64,000 nucleotides of DNA. It comes from Carcharhinus amblyrhynchos (taxonomy: Eukaryota). Positions 49,001-62,225 of the stretch are shown here, piece by piece. Both the position numbers and the translations under genes were made by a program. The notes under the pieces were generated by a model. That model was given only the letters and a program-made list of their open reading frames with translations, had not been told where the DNA came from and did not search any database. The stretch is taken from contig OZ336872.1 in assembly GCA_965287045.1 (NCBI GenBank), positions 100,316,001 to 100,380,000 on the forward strand, given 5' to 3'. The stretch's first letter is position 1. Each line of letters opens with the position of its first letter.

Positions 49001-52000
49001 TCCAAACAGATCAGTCATAAGAGGCTTTTCTTGCTCCTGTGCGCTTTGTTCTTATATTAATCGTGAGGAATGGTAATGGCTTTGAATGTCAAAGAGAAAT
49101 AGTTAGATTCTCTATGGAGGTGGTCAGTGCATCTGATGGAGAAAGGAATGGGAGGATGTATTGATGGGTTAGCTAGAGAATGGTTGGAGAAGCTGATATG
49201 GAGTATATACACTAGTCTGTTTCTGTGCTGTCATTCTATTTATTACTATTCCTATTGCAACTTCTTAAAATTCTGAAATAATTAATTGTAATGAGCCATT
49301 TTCCAAATTTCTGACATCAAAAGCTTGATTGTTATTTGAGTGGCAAATAGTAGTGAAATTTCAATTCACATTTGTTATCCGCATGTACATCTTCAAGTAG
49401 GAACTGCATTCTTGGTCAGCTTTGTTGTAGACATTGTAGACCATGATTTCAAAATGATCTAAAATTGTTCCAGAGCAACCTGACTCATGGATTCATCACC
49501 AGGGACATATTTGATGATGGCAATAATAGAACAATAGAAATAGGAGTAGGCCATTTAGCCCTTCAAATCATTTCTGCCATTGTGAGATCATGTCTGGTCT
49601 TCAACTTAACTCAATATGCCCACAGTTACTACATAACCTTCAATATCTTTAGTGAACAAAAGCCTGTCAAAGTCAGATTTAAAATTACAATGGATTGAGC
49701 ATAGGTTTGTGGAAAAGAACACCCCTCTTGCATAAAAATGTTAATTTTCCTCCTGAAAAAAACTGGCTCTAAATTTTAGCCTAGATTCAGGTTCCCCAAA
49801 CAATGGAAAAAGTTTCTCTCCATTTACCCCATCTGTTCCTCTTAGTATCTTGAAAACCTTGATAATATCACCTCTTCATTCTAAATTTCAACTTCTTGTT
49901 GGTGTAATCCTTCAACATACCTTAACTCCATGGATTAAAATATAATTCCTGTAAATTTACATTACGCTCCTTCCAAGGCCAATAAATCATTTCCAGAGTA
50001 TGATGCACAGAAGTAAACGCAATATCCAAATGTGGTGTAATTGTACAGCTGAATTATAACTTTTACTCCCATTGTGTTGTAATCCGAGATATAAAGGCCA
50101 ACATTCATTTAGCCTTATTGATTATTTTTTGAACCTGTTCATAACATTTTCTATATGGATGACCTTGCATTTAATTTTATTTACTAATTAGTCACAAGTA
50201 AGGCTTACATTAACACTGCAATGAGGTTACTGTGAAATTCCCCTAGTTGCCACATTATGGCACCTGTTCGGGTCAATGCACCAAACAAGCACATCTTTCA
50301 CACTGTGGGAGGAAACCGGAGCACCCGGAGAAAACCCACACAGACATGGGAAAAGCATGCAAATTTCACACAGACAATAATCCATGCTGGGAATCGAACT
50401 CAGGTCCCTGACACTGTGAGGCAGCACTGCTAACTACTGTGCCACTACTCTGCCCATTTACCTACATTTAAAATGATTTTGCCCTTTATTATTATCTCTT
50501 CCATCTATGCTATTATAATGCTGCCCCTTTTTATGCCATCAGCAAATTTAGGCATATGCCTTCTATTCCATCATCTAAATTGTAATAAATGCAGTGAATA
50601 GGCCCCAACACAGATCTTTGGGGGACTTTGCTAATCACAATATGCAATTAGAGTACATGCCCAATCTCCCTATTTCTTGTGTCCTTTTGTGCAGCCAATT
50701 TCCTAACCAGGTCTTTATTTTCCTTCAATTCTATGGACTTCAATTTTAGCTCATGAGGGACTTTATCAAATTCCATCTGAAGCCTATATAAATAATATCC
50801 TTAAGCATTCCTCAAAAATTCAATCAGGTTCGCCAAGCGTAACCTACCCTCAAATCTGTGCTGTTTCTCATCAGCTGAAAACACTCAAGGTGATTGAATG
50901 CCCTCTCCTTAATTATAGACTCTAACAATTTCATGACAAAGTTATGCCAACTGTTGCTTTTCTTTAAGAGTGCCATGAGCAATTTGCCAATCAAAAGGAA
51001 TAATTCCTGAATTGAGGGTGCTTTGGGAGATTGTATTTGGGGAACTTGCAATGTTATCACATACTTCCTTTAAAACCCTGGGATGGAAATCATCTGATCC
51101 TGGAGATTGTTTGCAGCATTATTTTCTTCATTACTGTTTTTTACTTGTGTTAATTCTGGTGAGTCTCCATCCCTAAAACATATTTTGATTCCTTGATATG
51201 TTTAGCATGCTGATGTCTGGTGCAAAATAGTTGTTCAACATGCTAACTATTTCCTTATTTTCACTGAGAACATTATAATTATCAGTCCTCAAGTGGTCTC
51301 TGATCACTCTGTTCAAATATAATTATTAAAAAATTATGTTGATATTGATATTTCTTGCAAATTCCTTTTAGATACTTCCCCTTTGTAGCTCTTATGGTCT
51401 GTTTCACTACTCTTCGCTGCTGTTTGCATTCTTCCCAGTTGCCAGGATCTATGCTATTTTTTGCATTTTATATTAAAAAGTTTTAAAGTCAATACTTAAA
51501 TGAGAGAAAGGTCAACTTAAAAATACCTGTCTTTTATTCACCTATTTCCTGTGAGTAATTTAGCCATATGTAATTATAATGTATATACACAACTAGCAAT
51601 ATATAATTGATACAACTGCCTATAATTAAGGATGGGCAATATGAGTGCTGGCCTAGCCAAGACACACGTTTCATGAAAGAATAATGTTAAACTATAATTA
51701 TATTGTCATAACATATTTCATACAATCTGTGTAATCAATGACCTGTTGACACTTGGAAAATAATTTTACCATTGGTCACCCAAATTCCATTCTATAACTA
51801 GTGATGTCATTGGAAATTTACTTAACTATCACTAGATGACCATTAAAATGAGAGAAAAACTAGGCAAAATATAAGAACAGTTGCTGAAATACGTGCATGT
51901 CATAGCATGATGACTCTGGGAGGTGATCTGATATAATCAATTTATTAAATTGTGCCTTTTGGAGTCACAAATTTGTGTAACTAAATATTTACTGTTTCAT

Positions 52001-55000
52001 TTAGGAAAGGTTATTTTTAGAATGGATTGCAAGTTAAGATATGTTTTTAAATCTGAAGAATTTTTTATAGACTAAATTAAGTTTTCACTGAACATGTATG
52101 TTTACAGATTGGATTCTCAGCTGCTGATGAAGTAACTGGATTAAAGTTGGTTGAATTAGGTGTGCCTAAAGAACAGTTGGCCATCCTTGCTGTGCCTATG
52201 GTTCCTCTGCAAATATTATTACCATTTGTGATAAGCAAATACACAGCAGGTCCAAAACCTCTAAATGTCTTTTACTGGGCAATGCCATTCAGGTAATTTT
52301 TGTTTCAATTAAAAGGGGGTAAGGCTCAAAATTAAGGATTCAAATATACTTTTTTGTTGTTCTTACGTACTTATGGATGTGCTTATCCAAGTCTTCAATA
52401 CGATTGACAAAATATTGTCAAGTCTCATAGCCTTTGCAGTATCCAGTGCTGTCAGTCTATGCGTCATGTCACCTGGAGCTGAAGACTGGCATCTGTGGTA
52501 CTGCAGGAGGCCGAGACAGAATATGCACATGGCACCTCTGGCTGAAGATTGTAGCAAATTTGCTCAGCCTCATCTTTAGCACTAACATTTTGAGCTCCCC
52601 CATCATTGAAGATGGGGATCATAGAAATCCTAAAGTGCAGAAAGAGGCCATCTGGCCCATTGAGTCTGCACCGATCACAATCCCACCCAGGCCCTACCCC
52701 CATATCCCTATATATTTACCTGATAATCTCAGGACACTAAGGGGCAATTTTAGCATGGCTAATCAACCTAACCCACACATCTGTGGACTGTGGGAGGAAA
52801 GCGAAGCACCCAGAGGAAACCCACGCAGACACGAGGAGTATGTGCAAACTCCACACAGAGTTTGCACGTAGAATTATTTGCAATAAGGGATATTAATGGG
52901 ATAATTGAGGAGTCAGCTCCAGTGAGTTGTGTAATTCTCTACCACCATTCACAGCTGGAGTGATGGGACTGCTGGTAAAAACATGCACTTTTATTCCCAT
53001 TGAATTGTATACCTTATCTCCTGGGAACTATGAGGTTTACCCCAACTATGAACAACAGCCACCAGATGACTACTGGTGCTTAATGGTAGCAGCCTGTAAC
53101 ATAATGAATAAAACAAACCAGTAAATAGATCTGGTAATAAAATCTTGTGCATTTGTATGGATATGTCTCCCTAATGATAATGGATGTATTTTCCTGGAAC
53201 TTCCATGGGGATTTGCCTAATCTCCTTCGATAGTATCAGCAGAAATTGTATAAATGAATTTTGTGCCATATTGTCAGGGCACCTGTCTATGTTTTATCAA
53301 AGTTATGGCAGGAGATAGGGAGAATCCCCTTAGAAATCCTACTCCATTTTCCATTTTTAGCTTTGTATCAAATAGGTTGCAGAATCTTTCTGTAAGTGAA
53401 CCATTATGTATTCTAATAAACTAATGTATAAAAATGAATATCTTACGACTGTATGAATGGAAGCTTATTATAGCCTCAGCTCAAAATATTTACCTTGACT
53501 ATAATTCTATTTTGAATTGGAATATACAGTGAATGTTAATCAGTGAGTATTTTGTGAACTGTTACAATATTAATGTAATTTTGTTAATGTTTATGTACTC
53601 ACTCCAGAGACTATATTGATACTTTATGTTAATTAAAATAGTATTGACTGCATTTCTCCTTTACAGGTTATTTATGGGCATGATATTTGCTTTAGTGGTT
53701 TTTTGGACTCCTATGGTGAAACAGGGCACAGAATTTCCTGTTTATTATTATGGAGTACTGCTGCTCAGTTATGCCTTGCATCAGGTGAGTGTATTCATTA
53801 TGATAAAAGATATCTGAACCTTGGGATAGTCCCTGGTGTCCTTTTCCAAAGGAGTTGCGAACATCCTGTTGACATTATAAAAAATAAACAGAGCTGGATT
53901 GGATTAGAAAATAAGAACTGGAGGTTATTGTTCCAATATAATCTTGTTGCTCTATTAACAGTTAAGATTTAATTGTAGTTAGTAGCCAGAATTCTGTGCA
54001 CACAGATTTGTTTTTCTTTGTCAGCAACTGATACTGACAACATAGGGCGGCACAGTGGTTAGCACTACTGCCTCACAGTGACAGGCACCAGGATTCAGTT
54101 TCGACCTTGGAATGGAGTTTGCACATTCTCCCCTTGTCTGGTGGGTTTCCTCCGGGTGCTCCAGTTTCCTCCTTCAGTCCAAAGATGTGCAGGTTAGGTT
54201 GATTGGCCATGCCAAATTGACCTTTGAGGCCTTATTTTACCATTTGATTCTAAGTGCTGGGCACACTTGAAACTGGGGGTGTTTTAGATCTGACTTTTGG
54301 AACCATTCTCAGGTATCCTCATATGCACTTTGCCTGAAAAAATATCAGCAATTCTGAATCACGCTACAGAAGTCTGTGGGGTGGGGTTTAACACACCCAA
54401 AAACCTGCAGTTCCGATCATTGCCTTAAACTGTGCATATGCAGAAACAAAATGATAGAATGCGGCTCCCCTGCCACATCGCTCCTGAGTCAGATGCCTCC
54501 CCCTGGCCCCCATAGTCAATGCCCCACCACCACAACATTACTGACCTCTTTATACCCCCCACCCTATCCACCACCCAGACTTAAACCCTATCCACCACCC
54601 AGACTAAACCAACACCCCCCCCCCCCCCCCCCCCAGACCATCACAGGCAAAGTGGCAGCAGAACCCCCACCCCCTCATTAATCTCGGGAACTTCCTCACT
54701 AACTGGAATCGGACTTTGGTGGAGTATGTCTGTTCCACGCTGATCTTGGATGGGCAAATGCAGTGGTAAAGAGGGAAGTCCTGGTAAGGTTGAGTATGCA
54801 ACCATTAAGTCAATTTAAATGGCCGTCGCCCCCATTTCAGGCGCAATCCCAATTGTGGCTGTTTTCAGGCCTTGATGAAGGGGGAACCAGCATGGATTGC
54901 GCTACTCACTTCACGTCTGACTTTATCAAGTTTGTGCGCCTGAAAATGAGCGCAACTTCATAGTAAAATCAGGTTCTTGGTATCAAGGGGATTAGCAAGG

Positions 55001-57027
55001 TTAATATCTGGGGTTACAGGAATAGAACCTGGGTGGGAAATATGGTTGGTGAAGTTTTGATGGGTCGAATGGCCTCATTCTGCACAGTAGGGATTCTATG
55101 ATGATGTATCTGTAGATATGTCCAAGCTTAAAATTAGTTATAATTCCATAAACAAATGATCACGCTGTTGAATTGACATTTCAATTTGGGTAAAGGTACC
55201 TCACAGCTAGATATAGATTAATGCCTACTGAATAAACTTTGATCAAATTCAGTGTGGGTCTGGTGAATGTTATGACTTGATTTGTTCTGAATCTCACTGG
55301 AGAAATCTATGGGAAGGTAAATCTGTAAATCATCTTCATCTTATTCCAAGAGGGGAAATTGACAGTCATTGTCCTACTTGTGCATCTAATGTCATCTAGT
55401 TAGAGGTGCGTTAGACTTGAATTTTGTTACTGTATGTTTACCTTGTGCTGCAGAGATGAGTTCAAATAGGAGAAACTTCACAAGTGAATTTGTAAAAAGA
55501 TAGTTAGACAGCAAAGTAACATTATCATTAGAAATATTTTGGGCCTATCTTAATCATTTTTATGTAGATTGTATATGTTTCAAACCCTATATTCTACATA
55601 GTTGAAGAGATTAGAGATATTTCAAGTTTTTGTACATTGTTGTTTAGAGATATTTGAGGCAATACTTGAATTGAAAGATTAGAGGGGTTATACTCAACAC
55701 TTGATCAATTGTTTATGGAATTATGATTTTTGCCCGAATGAATCTAATTCATTGATTATAAACTTGCATTTTTCATTCTGCTGCATCTAACTTTTATTAT
55801 GTCATTCCAAGATATTTCCTCTCCAGTGTGCGGAAATACATTCAAAGTGTCGGTCACTTTGCGTGTCCCACTTCCATGTTTTGAAGAGTAGTCTGGATTA
55901 ACCTTTTCCATGATGTTCATTAATCTTTTTAAATTTAGTACCATTCAGGGAATATGGATGTTCCACTTTTTCTTCCTATGTGCAATACTTAACACTTTGC
56001 ATTAAATTTTGAGAAAAAAGAACCAACATTTTGAGTCTGACAAAAGGTCATCCAGGCTCGAAACATTGGCTGTGTTCTCTCTCCACAGATGCTGTCAGAC
56101 CTGTTGAGATTTTTCAGCATTTTCTGTTTTTGTTTCAGATTCCAGCACTCGCAGTATTTTGCTTTTACATTTGCATGAAATTTTAATTGTTATTAGGTAT
56201 ACTTTCAATTTATTCAGCTCAGTCTGTCATGTCTATCTTTTTTTAATATTCTGTCACCCCAATGCCTAAGGCATTGGCGAAAATTAGAAACAGATTTGAT
56301 TTCAATATTCACGTCCAAATAAAGCTGTGGAAATAAATATCGTCGAAGTTTTTTTTACAAGGCTCCAGTTAAAAATAAATTGTAGCTTTTGCTGATCTTT
56401 CTTATCTAAAGTCCATTACAGAGTTTTAACAACACAATTTACTTGGAATTACATTGAACTATTTGTCTATCATGTTACTGAGTTTTTTTTTTAATATCCT
56501 CTTCCTTTAGGTGACTGTTTACAGCATATATGTTGCAGTCATGGCATTTAATGCCAAAATTAGTGATCCTTCAATTGGAGGAACATACATGACTCTGTTG
56601 AATACTATTTCTAATCTTGCTGGAAACTGGCCGGCTACATTAGCTCTTTGGTTGGTGGATCCGCTTACAGTCAAGAAGTGCATAGGTGCACCTGAACGAA
56701 GTTGTAAATCTGCAATTGATTCTGAAGTGAGTTTTCATTTTCCAAAACTGGAAGTGCTTGATCTATGCTACGATTTGTGTAGTTGTCTTTCAAATGTGAT
56801 CAATTTCCTGTTGGTATAATTGAAACATTAATTCTCCAACTTTTTTTTACCCCACACAGCTTTGTGCAAAATCTGGTGGTTCATGTTCAACCACAACTGA
56901 TGGCTACTTTGTGGAATCTGTATTGTGCATTGTTATTGGGCTCACATGGTGGCTCCGCTGTGGAAATAGATTCAGAAATCTGCAGGATGAGCACCCATCC
57001 ACGTGGCAGTGCAAGAGGAATAATTGA
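36299..57027 (+). CDS. SLC33A1: Acetyl-CoA transporter 1 (AT-1), complete, 6 coding exons, 1632 nt = 543 aa
   Basis: Motifs LLLFLYVLQGIPLGL, ATQDIAVDGWAL and GGTYMTLLNT, C-terminus CKRNN*. All junctions GT-AG and in phase. Confidence 0.98.
38373..38935 (-). mobile_element. Vingi/Ingi-like (I group) non-LTR retrotransposon 3' fragment
   Basis: Frameshifted TPLPWLPVLA, GFNLPKKEW, LHKW and CACGEQQTMHHLTEECP motifs with a (taaa)n tail. Confidence 0.6.
38804..38839. repeat. (TG)n plus poly-G simple repeat
   Basis: Directly visible. Confidence 0.85.
40830..43900 (+). mobile_element. Long decayed CR1-type LINE with internal insertions
   Basis: Endonuclease-to-RT motifs and a 3' tail ending ttctaattctatg. 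Confidence 0.75.
44260..44453 (+). CDS. SLC33A1: SLC33A1 coding exon 2 (FLFFWG...LLTAK)
   Basis: 194 nt, GT-AG. Confidence 0.95.
47920..48150 (-). mobile_element. HE1-like SINE 3' two-thirds
   Basis: V-core and CR1-type tail. Confidence 0.82.
48672..49005 (+). mobile_element. tRNA-derived SINE of a third family
   Basis: B-box gggttcaaatccc. Tail ggcaattagggatgagcaacaaatgctg is shared with fragments near 4740, 21430, 40320, 45900 and 51630. Confidence 0.7.
49525..51470 (-). mobile_element. Decayed CR1-type LINE
   Basis: Reverse-strand CR1 tail and RT motifs. Confidence 0.7.
50175..50446 (-). mobile_element. V-SINE with alternative tail (same family as 1716-2001)
   Basis: gtcacaagtaaggcttacattaacactgcaatgaggttactgtgaaattcccctag plus V-core. 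Confidence 0.82.
52108..52292 (+). CDS. SLC33A1: SLC33A1 coding exon 3 (IGFSAADEVTGLKL...MPF)
   Basis: 185 nt, GT-AG. Confidence 0.96.
52618..52860 (-). mobile_element. HE1-like SINE 3' portion
   Basis: V-core and CR1-type tail. Confidence 0.82.
53667..53784 (+). CDS. SLC33A1: SLC33A1 coding exon 4 (LFMG...YALHQ)
   Basis: 118 nt, GT-AG. Confidence 0.96.
54044..55102 (+). mobile_element. HE1-like SINE split by a 750-bp insertion
   Basis: 5' half 54044-54226, 3' half 54977-55102. Confidence 0.82.
54227..54976. mobile_element. MITE-like non-autonomous DNA transposon (PIF/Harbinger-like)
   Basis: Imperfect 17-bp TIRs (12/17), 3-bp TTG duplication, interrupts a SINE cleanly. Confidence 0.65.
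56010..56167 (+). mobile_element. Penelope-like short element with decayed hammerhead
   Basis: ctgacaaaaggtcatccaggctcgaaacattggct followed by the shared ctccacagatgctg...ttcagattccagca body. Confidence 0.65.
56511..56726 (+). CDS. SLC33A1: SLC33A1 coding exon 5 (VTVYSIYV...DSE)
   Basis: 216 nt, GT-AG. Confidence 0.96.
56860..57027 (+). CDS. SLC33A1: SLC33A1 last coding exon (LCAKSGGSC...WQCKRNN*)
   Basis: 168 nt ending in TGA. Confidence 0.96.
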   Translation, partial: LCAKSGGSCSTTTDGYFVESVLCIVIGLTWWLRCGNRFRNLQDEHPSTWQCKRNN

Positions 57028-58368
57028 GGTCTCGATGAATGTACTTTTGGAGTTTAATTAAATTCAGATCTATTGACCAGTTTTGAAGGGAATCATACAA
57101 AATATGGATTTTATTCAGTTCTTTAAATGTTATTTTGACTATGGTTATTACAAGTGGTGATTGTATGTATAGTACTAATTTTGATTAGGCTTTTTTGCTT
57201 GCTTTGGTTAGAGTAAAAACTACCTATGCAATATCACTCACTCCATAGGTAGAGATCAACTTGCATTGTTTCAGGTGCCATATAAAACAGATCACTATAT
57301 TTTCTTACTTTTCTGTGAAATGCAGGTAACTCGTATAATTTAATTTGCTTTATCTAACCAGCAGATCATTTTGGAAATTGGAAATTGTAGCTCTTTAAAA
57401 GCACTTTTTCCTGGAGAATTTAATTTGCAGTTTTACAGTGTATTTTAAATGGCCTTTGCTTTTTGCATATTAGAGCTATAGATCCTTGTCTGTGGCACTT
57501 TGATACCCTGTATGCAAAACATTTGACCCTTTATTGAAAAGCATTGTCATTAGATTTTTGTCCTGGAAGAGGAAAAGGCCATCTAAAAACATAACTGAAA
57601 TGATGTTGTATAGTATTTTTGAGTTACTAGTAGATAATATTTTATCATACCTAGCTAAAAGATTTCAACCATTGCTTTGCTGAATATCAGTGTTTCATAA
57701 GTGTCTCATTTAATCCATTGTGTACTTCAAAGGGCAACATTCCTTATTAATGCAATACATTCTAAAGACCAAAATGATGAAATAGGCTGGGCTAAAAAGT
57801 AACTGTGCATTCTGATATATTTTGTTGCACACTTGATTACATTAGTATGTGAATAAGCTTCATTGATAGATACTATTACAGAAATTTTTAACTTCATTTG
57901 ACAATTATTGGCCCCTCCTAGCACATCAGAGGAAATGACCATGGAGCTTTCAATAATGTTCAAAGCAGAAACAGTGTGGGTATTTTTCAGTTTCATCGCT
58001 TGGATGATAAATAGCAGATTGCTGGCCTGCTAAATAAAACGGGTGTACTCTACCAGGTTACACCCTAAACGGTGAAGGTGAAAATTATCCTCGGTGCTTA
58101 ATTTTTGTAATGTTGAGCCAGTTGTTTAATAGTACATTCAATCAAATGCGGTCAATAATTACATACTTCTGTTGCCCCAAGGGTTAAACTTTGATGCCCT
58201 GCTTGTAAGCATTCATGCATTCTATCACATACAATAAAGTGGGAAAAAGTTGCATCAAATGAGACTTGCAGAAAATCAGAAGAACTGTACTAGCCAAATT
58301 AAAGTTTGCAATCTGTACAACAAGGGTAACATTTAAAGTAATCCAATTTGTCTGTAGCCCTTATTGTA

Positions 58369-58374
58369 AATAAA
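58369..58374 (+). promoter_or_regulatory. Candidate SLC33A1 polyadenylation signal
   Basis: AATAAA followed by a GT/T-rich tract (ttttgtgttgtgtgtttt). Other AATAAA copies at 58033 and 58233. Confidence 0.5.
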
Positions 58375-58494
58375 ATTCTTTTAATTTTGTGTTGTGTGTT
58401 TTCAAATTAAAATGAAGGCTTGTGTTGCAACTGGGAGTTGTCAGTATTGATTCAGTTATATCAGAGGGACATCATCCAGTTGTAATAGATTGAA

Positions 58495-58860
58495 ATCAAA
58501 AGGTGGTGGGTTCACGTTCCTGTCTAGGACTTGAGTGGCCTAAAATTTTAGTACAGCAATAGAAATGCAAGTTTTGAATAACTTGCTAAGCAGACATCCT
58601 GTTGAGGTGGCTGAGGAAATACTATGGCATGATCTGAAGAAGAATATGGAGTTTTCCAGTGTTCCGACCAAAATTCCTCCACCAACCAAAACTACCAAGA
58701 GCAGTTGAACTGGTTATTCAACTTATTATCTGTTTATTGCTTATTGCTGTGTGCAAACCTACTACAACTGGCTACATAAGAATGGAAAAAATAATGTATT
58801 GATTGAGCTGCTTTGTGGCACCCGGATGTGATGAGCCATTATATAAATGCAAATTATTTT
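58495..58860 (+). mobile_element. DeuSINE-like copy, decayed
   Basis: Patchy similarity to 61017-61400, tail tatataaatgcaa. Confidence 0.5.
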
Positions 58861-61016
58861 TGGAAATGTTTGCAAGCATAAAATCACAAATATTTTGATC
58901 AACTAAGTTGCTTGTTAACTTTATTTAAAGTTGACCTGTACGTAATGACCTGGTTTGCACAATTTGTGTTGCGTTTTACATTTTGATTTTTTTTAGTTTT
59001 TGTATTTGATCATTCTAAATCATAAAGACAAAATGTAATTGTTTGAATGAATTATTCTATTTATTTATCCAGTTTAACTGTGCAGTGTTCTGATTAGTGC
59101 CAACACACATTAAATTCAAACTTTTCAATTCTTGTATAGGTTACATACTCCCATTTAAACTCCTGAGCAAACATTTTCTATTGGCATTCTAAAATTAAAT
59201 GATCAACATTTTCCTGTAGCAATATCTGGCAGTCTAATGGGAATTTCAGTGTTCAATCACAGTGTGTGACTATTAGCTAAGATGGCTGCAGTGTATGTGC
59301 ATTTAAGGTGGTAATGAAAAATACCCTGCATTTCGAGTTGCTAAAATTTCTCTCATTCAAAATCAGATTGGAACACTTTTGTTTTATTTGGTTAGCAATG
59401 TTTGCTTTGTCTTTGTATCTTCTAATGTCTCCACTAAAATTATTCCATGAAAACCTTAGCCTCTCCCAGAGCTCTTGATTTGGACAATATAATTTGCCAA
59501 AGGCTAATTGTACTTTGAGATATTAACCAATTCAATCTACCTAATTGCCTTTGGTGCACTGTGATACTATTTAATCTTCTGAATTGCTGACATATTTTTA
59601 TTCAGTTTTTGGTAGTTTTTAGCTACAACTGTTCTGAAAATTAAAGAAAAACCAAGGATAGATTTTAAAAAGCTTTTTCAGATTAAGTCTATTCACCTTT
59701 TAAATAGGCTCTTTGTGTTAGAATTTGTTGATGTTGACAGAATTTAGTATGTTTTGAGCTCATGTGTGACACAAACGTAGTTGACATTCAGGAAGTAATT
59801 AGAAAAACAAAATTCAATGTTAAGTAATCTCTTGGAAATCACAAACCAATTGTAGCAGACATGAGATTTTCTCGGACCAGTGTTTGTAGGCCTATACTCT
59901 TTCTCTTCCCAGCATTGCCAACAGATTCCACGAAAACATTAAAGAGGCAAATTTCACATACCTTATACCAATTGCCAGATTCCTGTCTCCTCTACAATTA
60001 TGTCAGATGAAAAGAACCACTCTACATTGCATTTTCTGTCTCCATCTAACTCTGAGCAAAATTTAGATTTTCCCCTAACTCAATCCATGGTGTCTTCTGT
60101 TTTGAATGCCACCCAGCTCTATCTACTTCAAGACAAAGCATGTCACAAAATATCAACCTTATGTGGAGTAGATTTTTTTGATCTTAATAATTCAGAGATC
60201 TAATTTGAAATACATTATTGTAAGCATGTCTATATTGCATTTTCCCCAGTTTATTTCTCAGTTTTTGAGATGTTTAAAACACATTTTAATGTGTTGCAGT
60301 TTCAAAAGTGAATTTTTCAGCTTTTAAATTAAATATTTATTTTATGGGAACATGGGCTTTTAGTGTTTAGGAAGTATTTATTTTGTCCATATTCCTATCC
60401 CTATTTCTGTGCAATTACTATCAAAGGATTTTTAAAATTTCAGTTTTAGATTAATTATTTATTCATGACTGTTCGGAAGAACATTGAAAGGAGTTGGGCT
60501 TTTACATGCATGTACAAATGTATATTTTTGTGTCAAGGGTCATGGCAATTGATCAAATACCTGAATATGGACACTTTTCACATATGCCACAGGCAAAGTA
60601 TAATCAGCTTCTCCATGCATTTAATATTTGATGTATCCAGTTATTAATTCATTAGTACCTGCCAATAAACCTTTTCAGTTTGCAGTTGCTCACTGCTGCA
60701 TCATTTATTTCATTTAATTGAGGCACTTCTATATTAAATTATTGATATGCTGTTCTTCATTTATTGATGCACTGGAGGTATGTGGCTGTATAAGTTTATT
60801 CATTTACTAATTATAACTGAAATTAACTAACTTACTGGATGTCATTTATTTGGTAGTGTGCCTGCTAGTCTGTTAATTGACTACCTGTTACATAATTTAT
60901 TAATTCCACCACCTCTATTAATTTCTGATGCCCATTCTCCATTAATTTATTGTCACAATTCCTGTTGTTCCTTTCATATTAACTTGCTGGCGTTTGCTCT
61001 GGTAGTTGCTATGTTC

Positions 61017-61400
61017 AGCCATGGCTCAGTTGGTAGTACTCTCCTCTCAGGTCTGATGTTTTGGAATTCGAGTCCCACTCCAGGACTTGAGTACAAAAAT
61101 CAAGGCTGACTATCCAGTACTGAGGGATTTCTGTACTGTTGGAGCTGCCATCTTTTGGATGAGACATTAAACCAAGGTCCTGTCTGCCCCCTTAGGTGGA
61201 TATAAAAGATCCCATGTCACTATTTTGAAATCTCCTGTATCCTTGCTGAAATGTATCCCTCAATCAACATTACAAAACAGATTATCTAGTCATGATCAAA
61301 TTGCTGTTTGTGGAAACATGCTGTTCAAAAATTGGTTGCTATATTTTTACATTAGATGGAAATACTTCAGAAATTATGTAATTGCTGAGTGACTGCTTTC
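61017..61400 (+). mobile_element. DeuSINE-like (SacSINE1-type) SINE
   Basis: tggctcagttggtag A-box, B-box, central ggatgagacattaaaccaaggtcctgtctg...aaagatcccatg block. Confidence 0.78.
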
Positions 61401-61959
61401 ACCCTTTTTCTATTTCTATAATTTCCTCTCACCCTACAATCCTCTGAAATAATTCTGCTGTGCTAATTATGGTTGTTTCAATAATTCCTGATTTTAATTG
61501 CTATCCATGCCTTAAAGCTGCTAAGGCCCTAAAGTCTGGAGGACATATTGGTGCAGGAACTTCACAGAATATTCTGGAACCAACTATTTTCAGCTGCTCA
61601 GAGATAAATTCCTTGAATCATAAGATCAGAAGGACACAATATTGCTGATAAATATTCAGCTTTATTTGCACAATTCCTTGTAATGAAGCAGACCAAGTTG
61701 GGGTTGAAGAGTGGCAAAAAAAAACCATCTTCAACAAAAGAGCCTAGATGCTTGATGATATTCTATGGCATTACCAAATCCCCCTCTATCAACATCCTTG
61801 CCACACACATGTAGAGCAGGTCAATAACTAAATATTACTTGTGATTCTGCAAAGCATCTCCACCATGTAGAAGATGCAAGTGAATTATGGAATATGCTCT
61901 GAGAGTGTACATGGGTGCAGTTGCAATGACACTGGAGATGATCTTGGGAAAGATAGTCA

Positions 61960-62225
61960 ATTCAATGCACTATGACAAGTTAGTGAGCCCCATCACAAGA
62001 AAGACATCAGGTTACCATGATTTGGCCTTCCACTTTAGGAAGGATGTAAAGGCATTAGAGAGGGTACAGAAAATATTTGCAAGAATCGTTCCAGGATTGA
62101 GGGATTGCAATGATGTGGATAGATAGATTTGTTCTAGCTTAACCTATCTGAGAGGTGGTTTGACAGATATGCTTAAGATCGTAAGAGGTTTGGATAGATT
62201 GGCTGAGATGTAACTGTTCTTGGGG
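61960..62225 (+). mobile_element. CR1 fragment
   Basis: FRKDVKALERVQKIFARIVPGLR. Confidence 0.7.

Larger units (their letters stand above)
45620..49035 (+). mobile_element. Long decayed CR1-type LINE (most of ORF2) with nested SINEs
   Basis: Degenerate AITDTW, LDLIICN, KSLGPDDLH, YRPVSLTS and FSDDTK motifs. Confidence 0.82.

Noticed and set aside
58041-58065. gggtgta/tacaccc hairpin in the SLC33A1 3' UTR
   Set aside because: A single 7-bp stem is expected by chance and matches no known element
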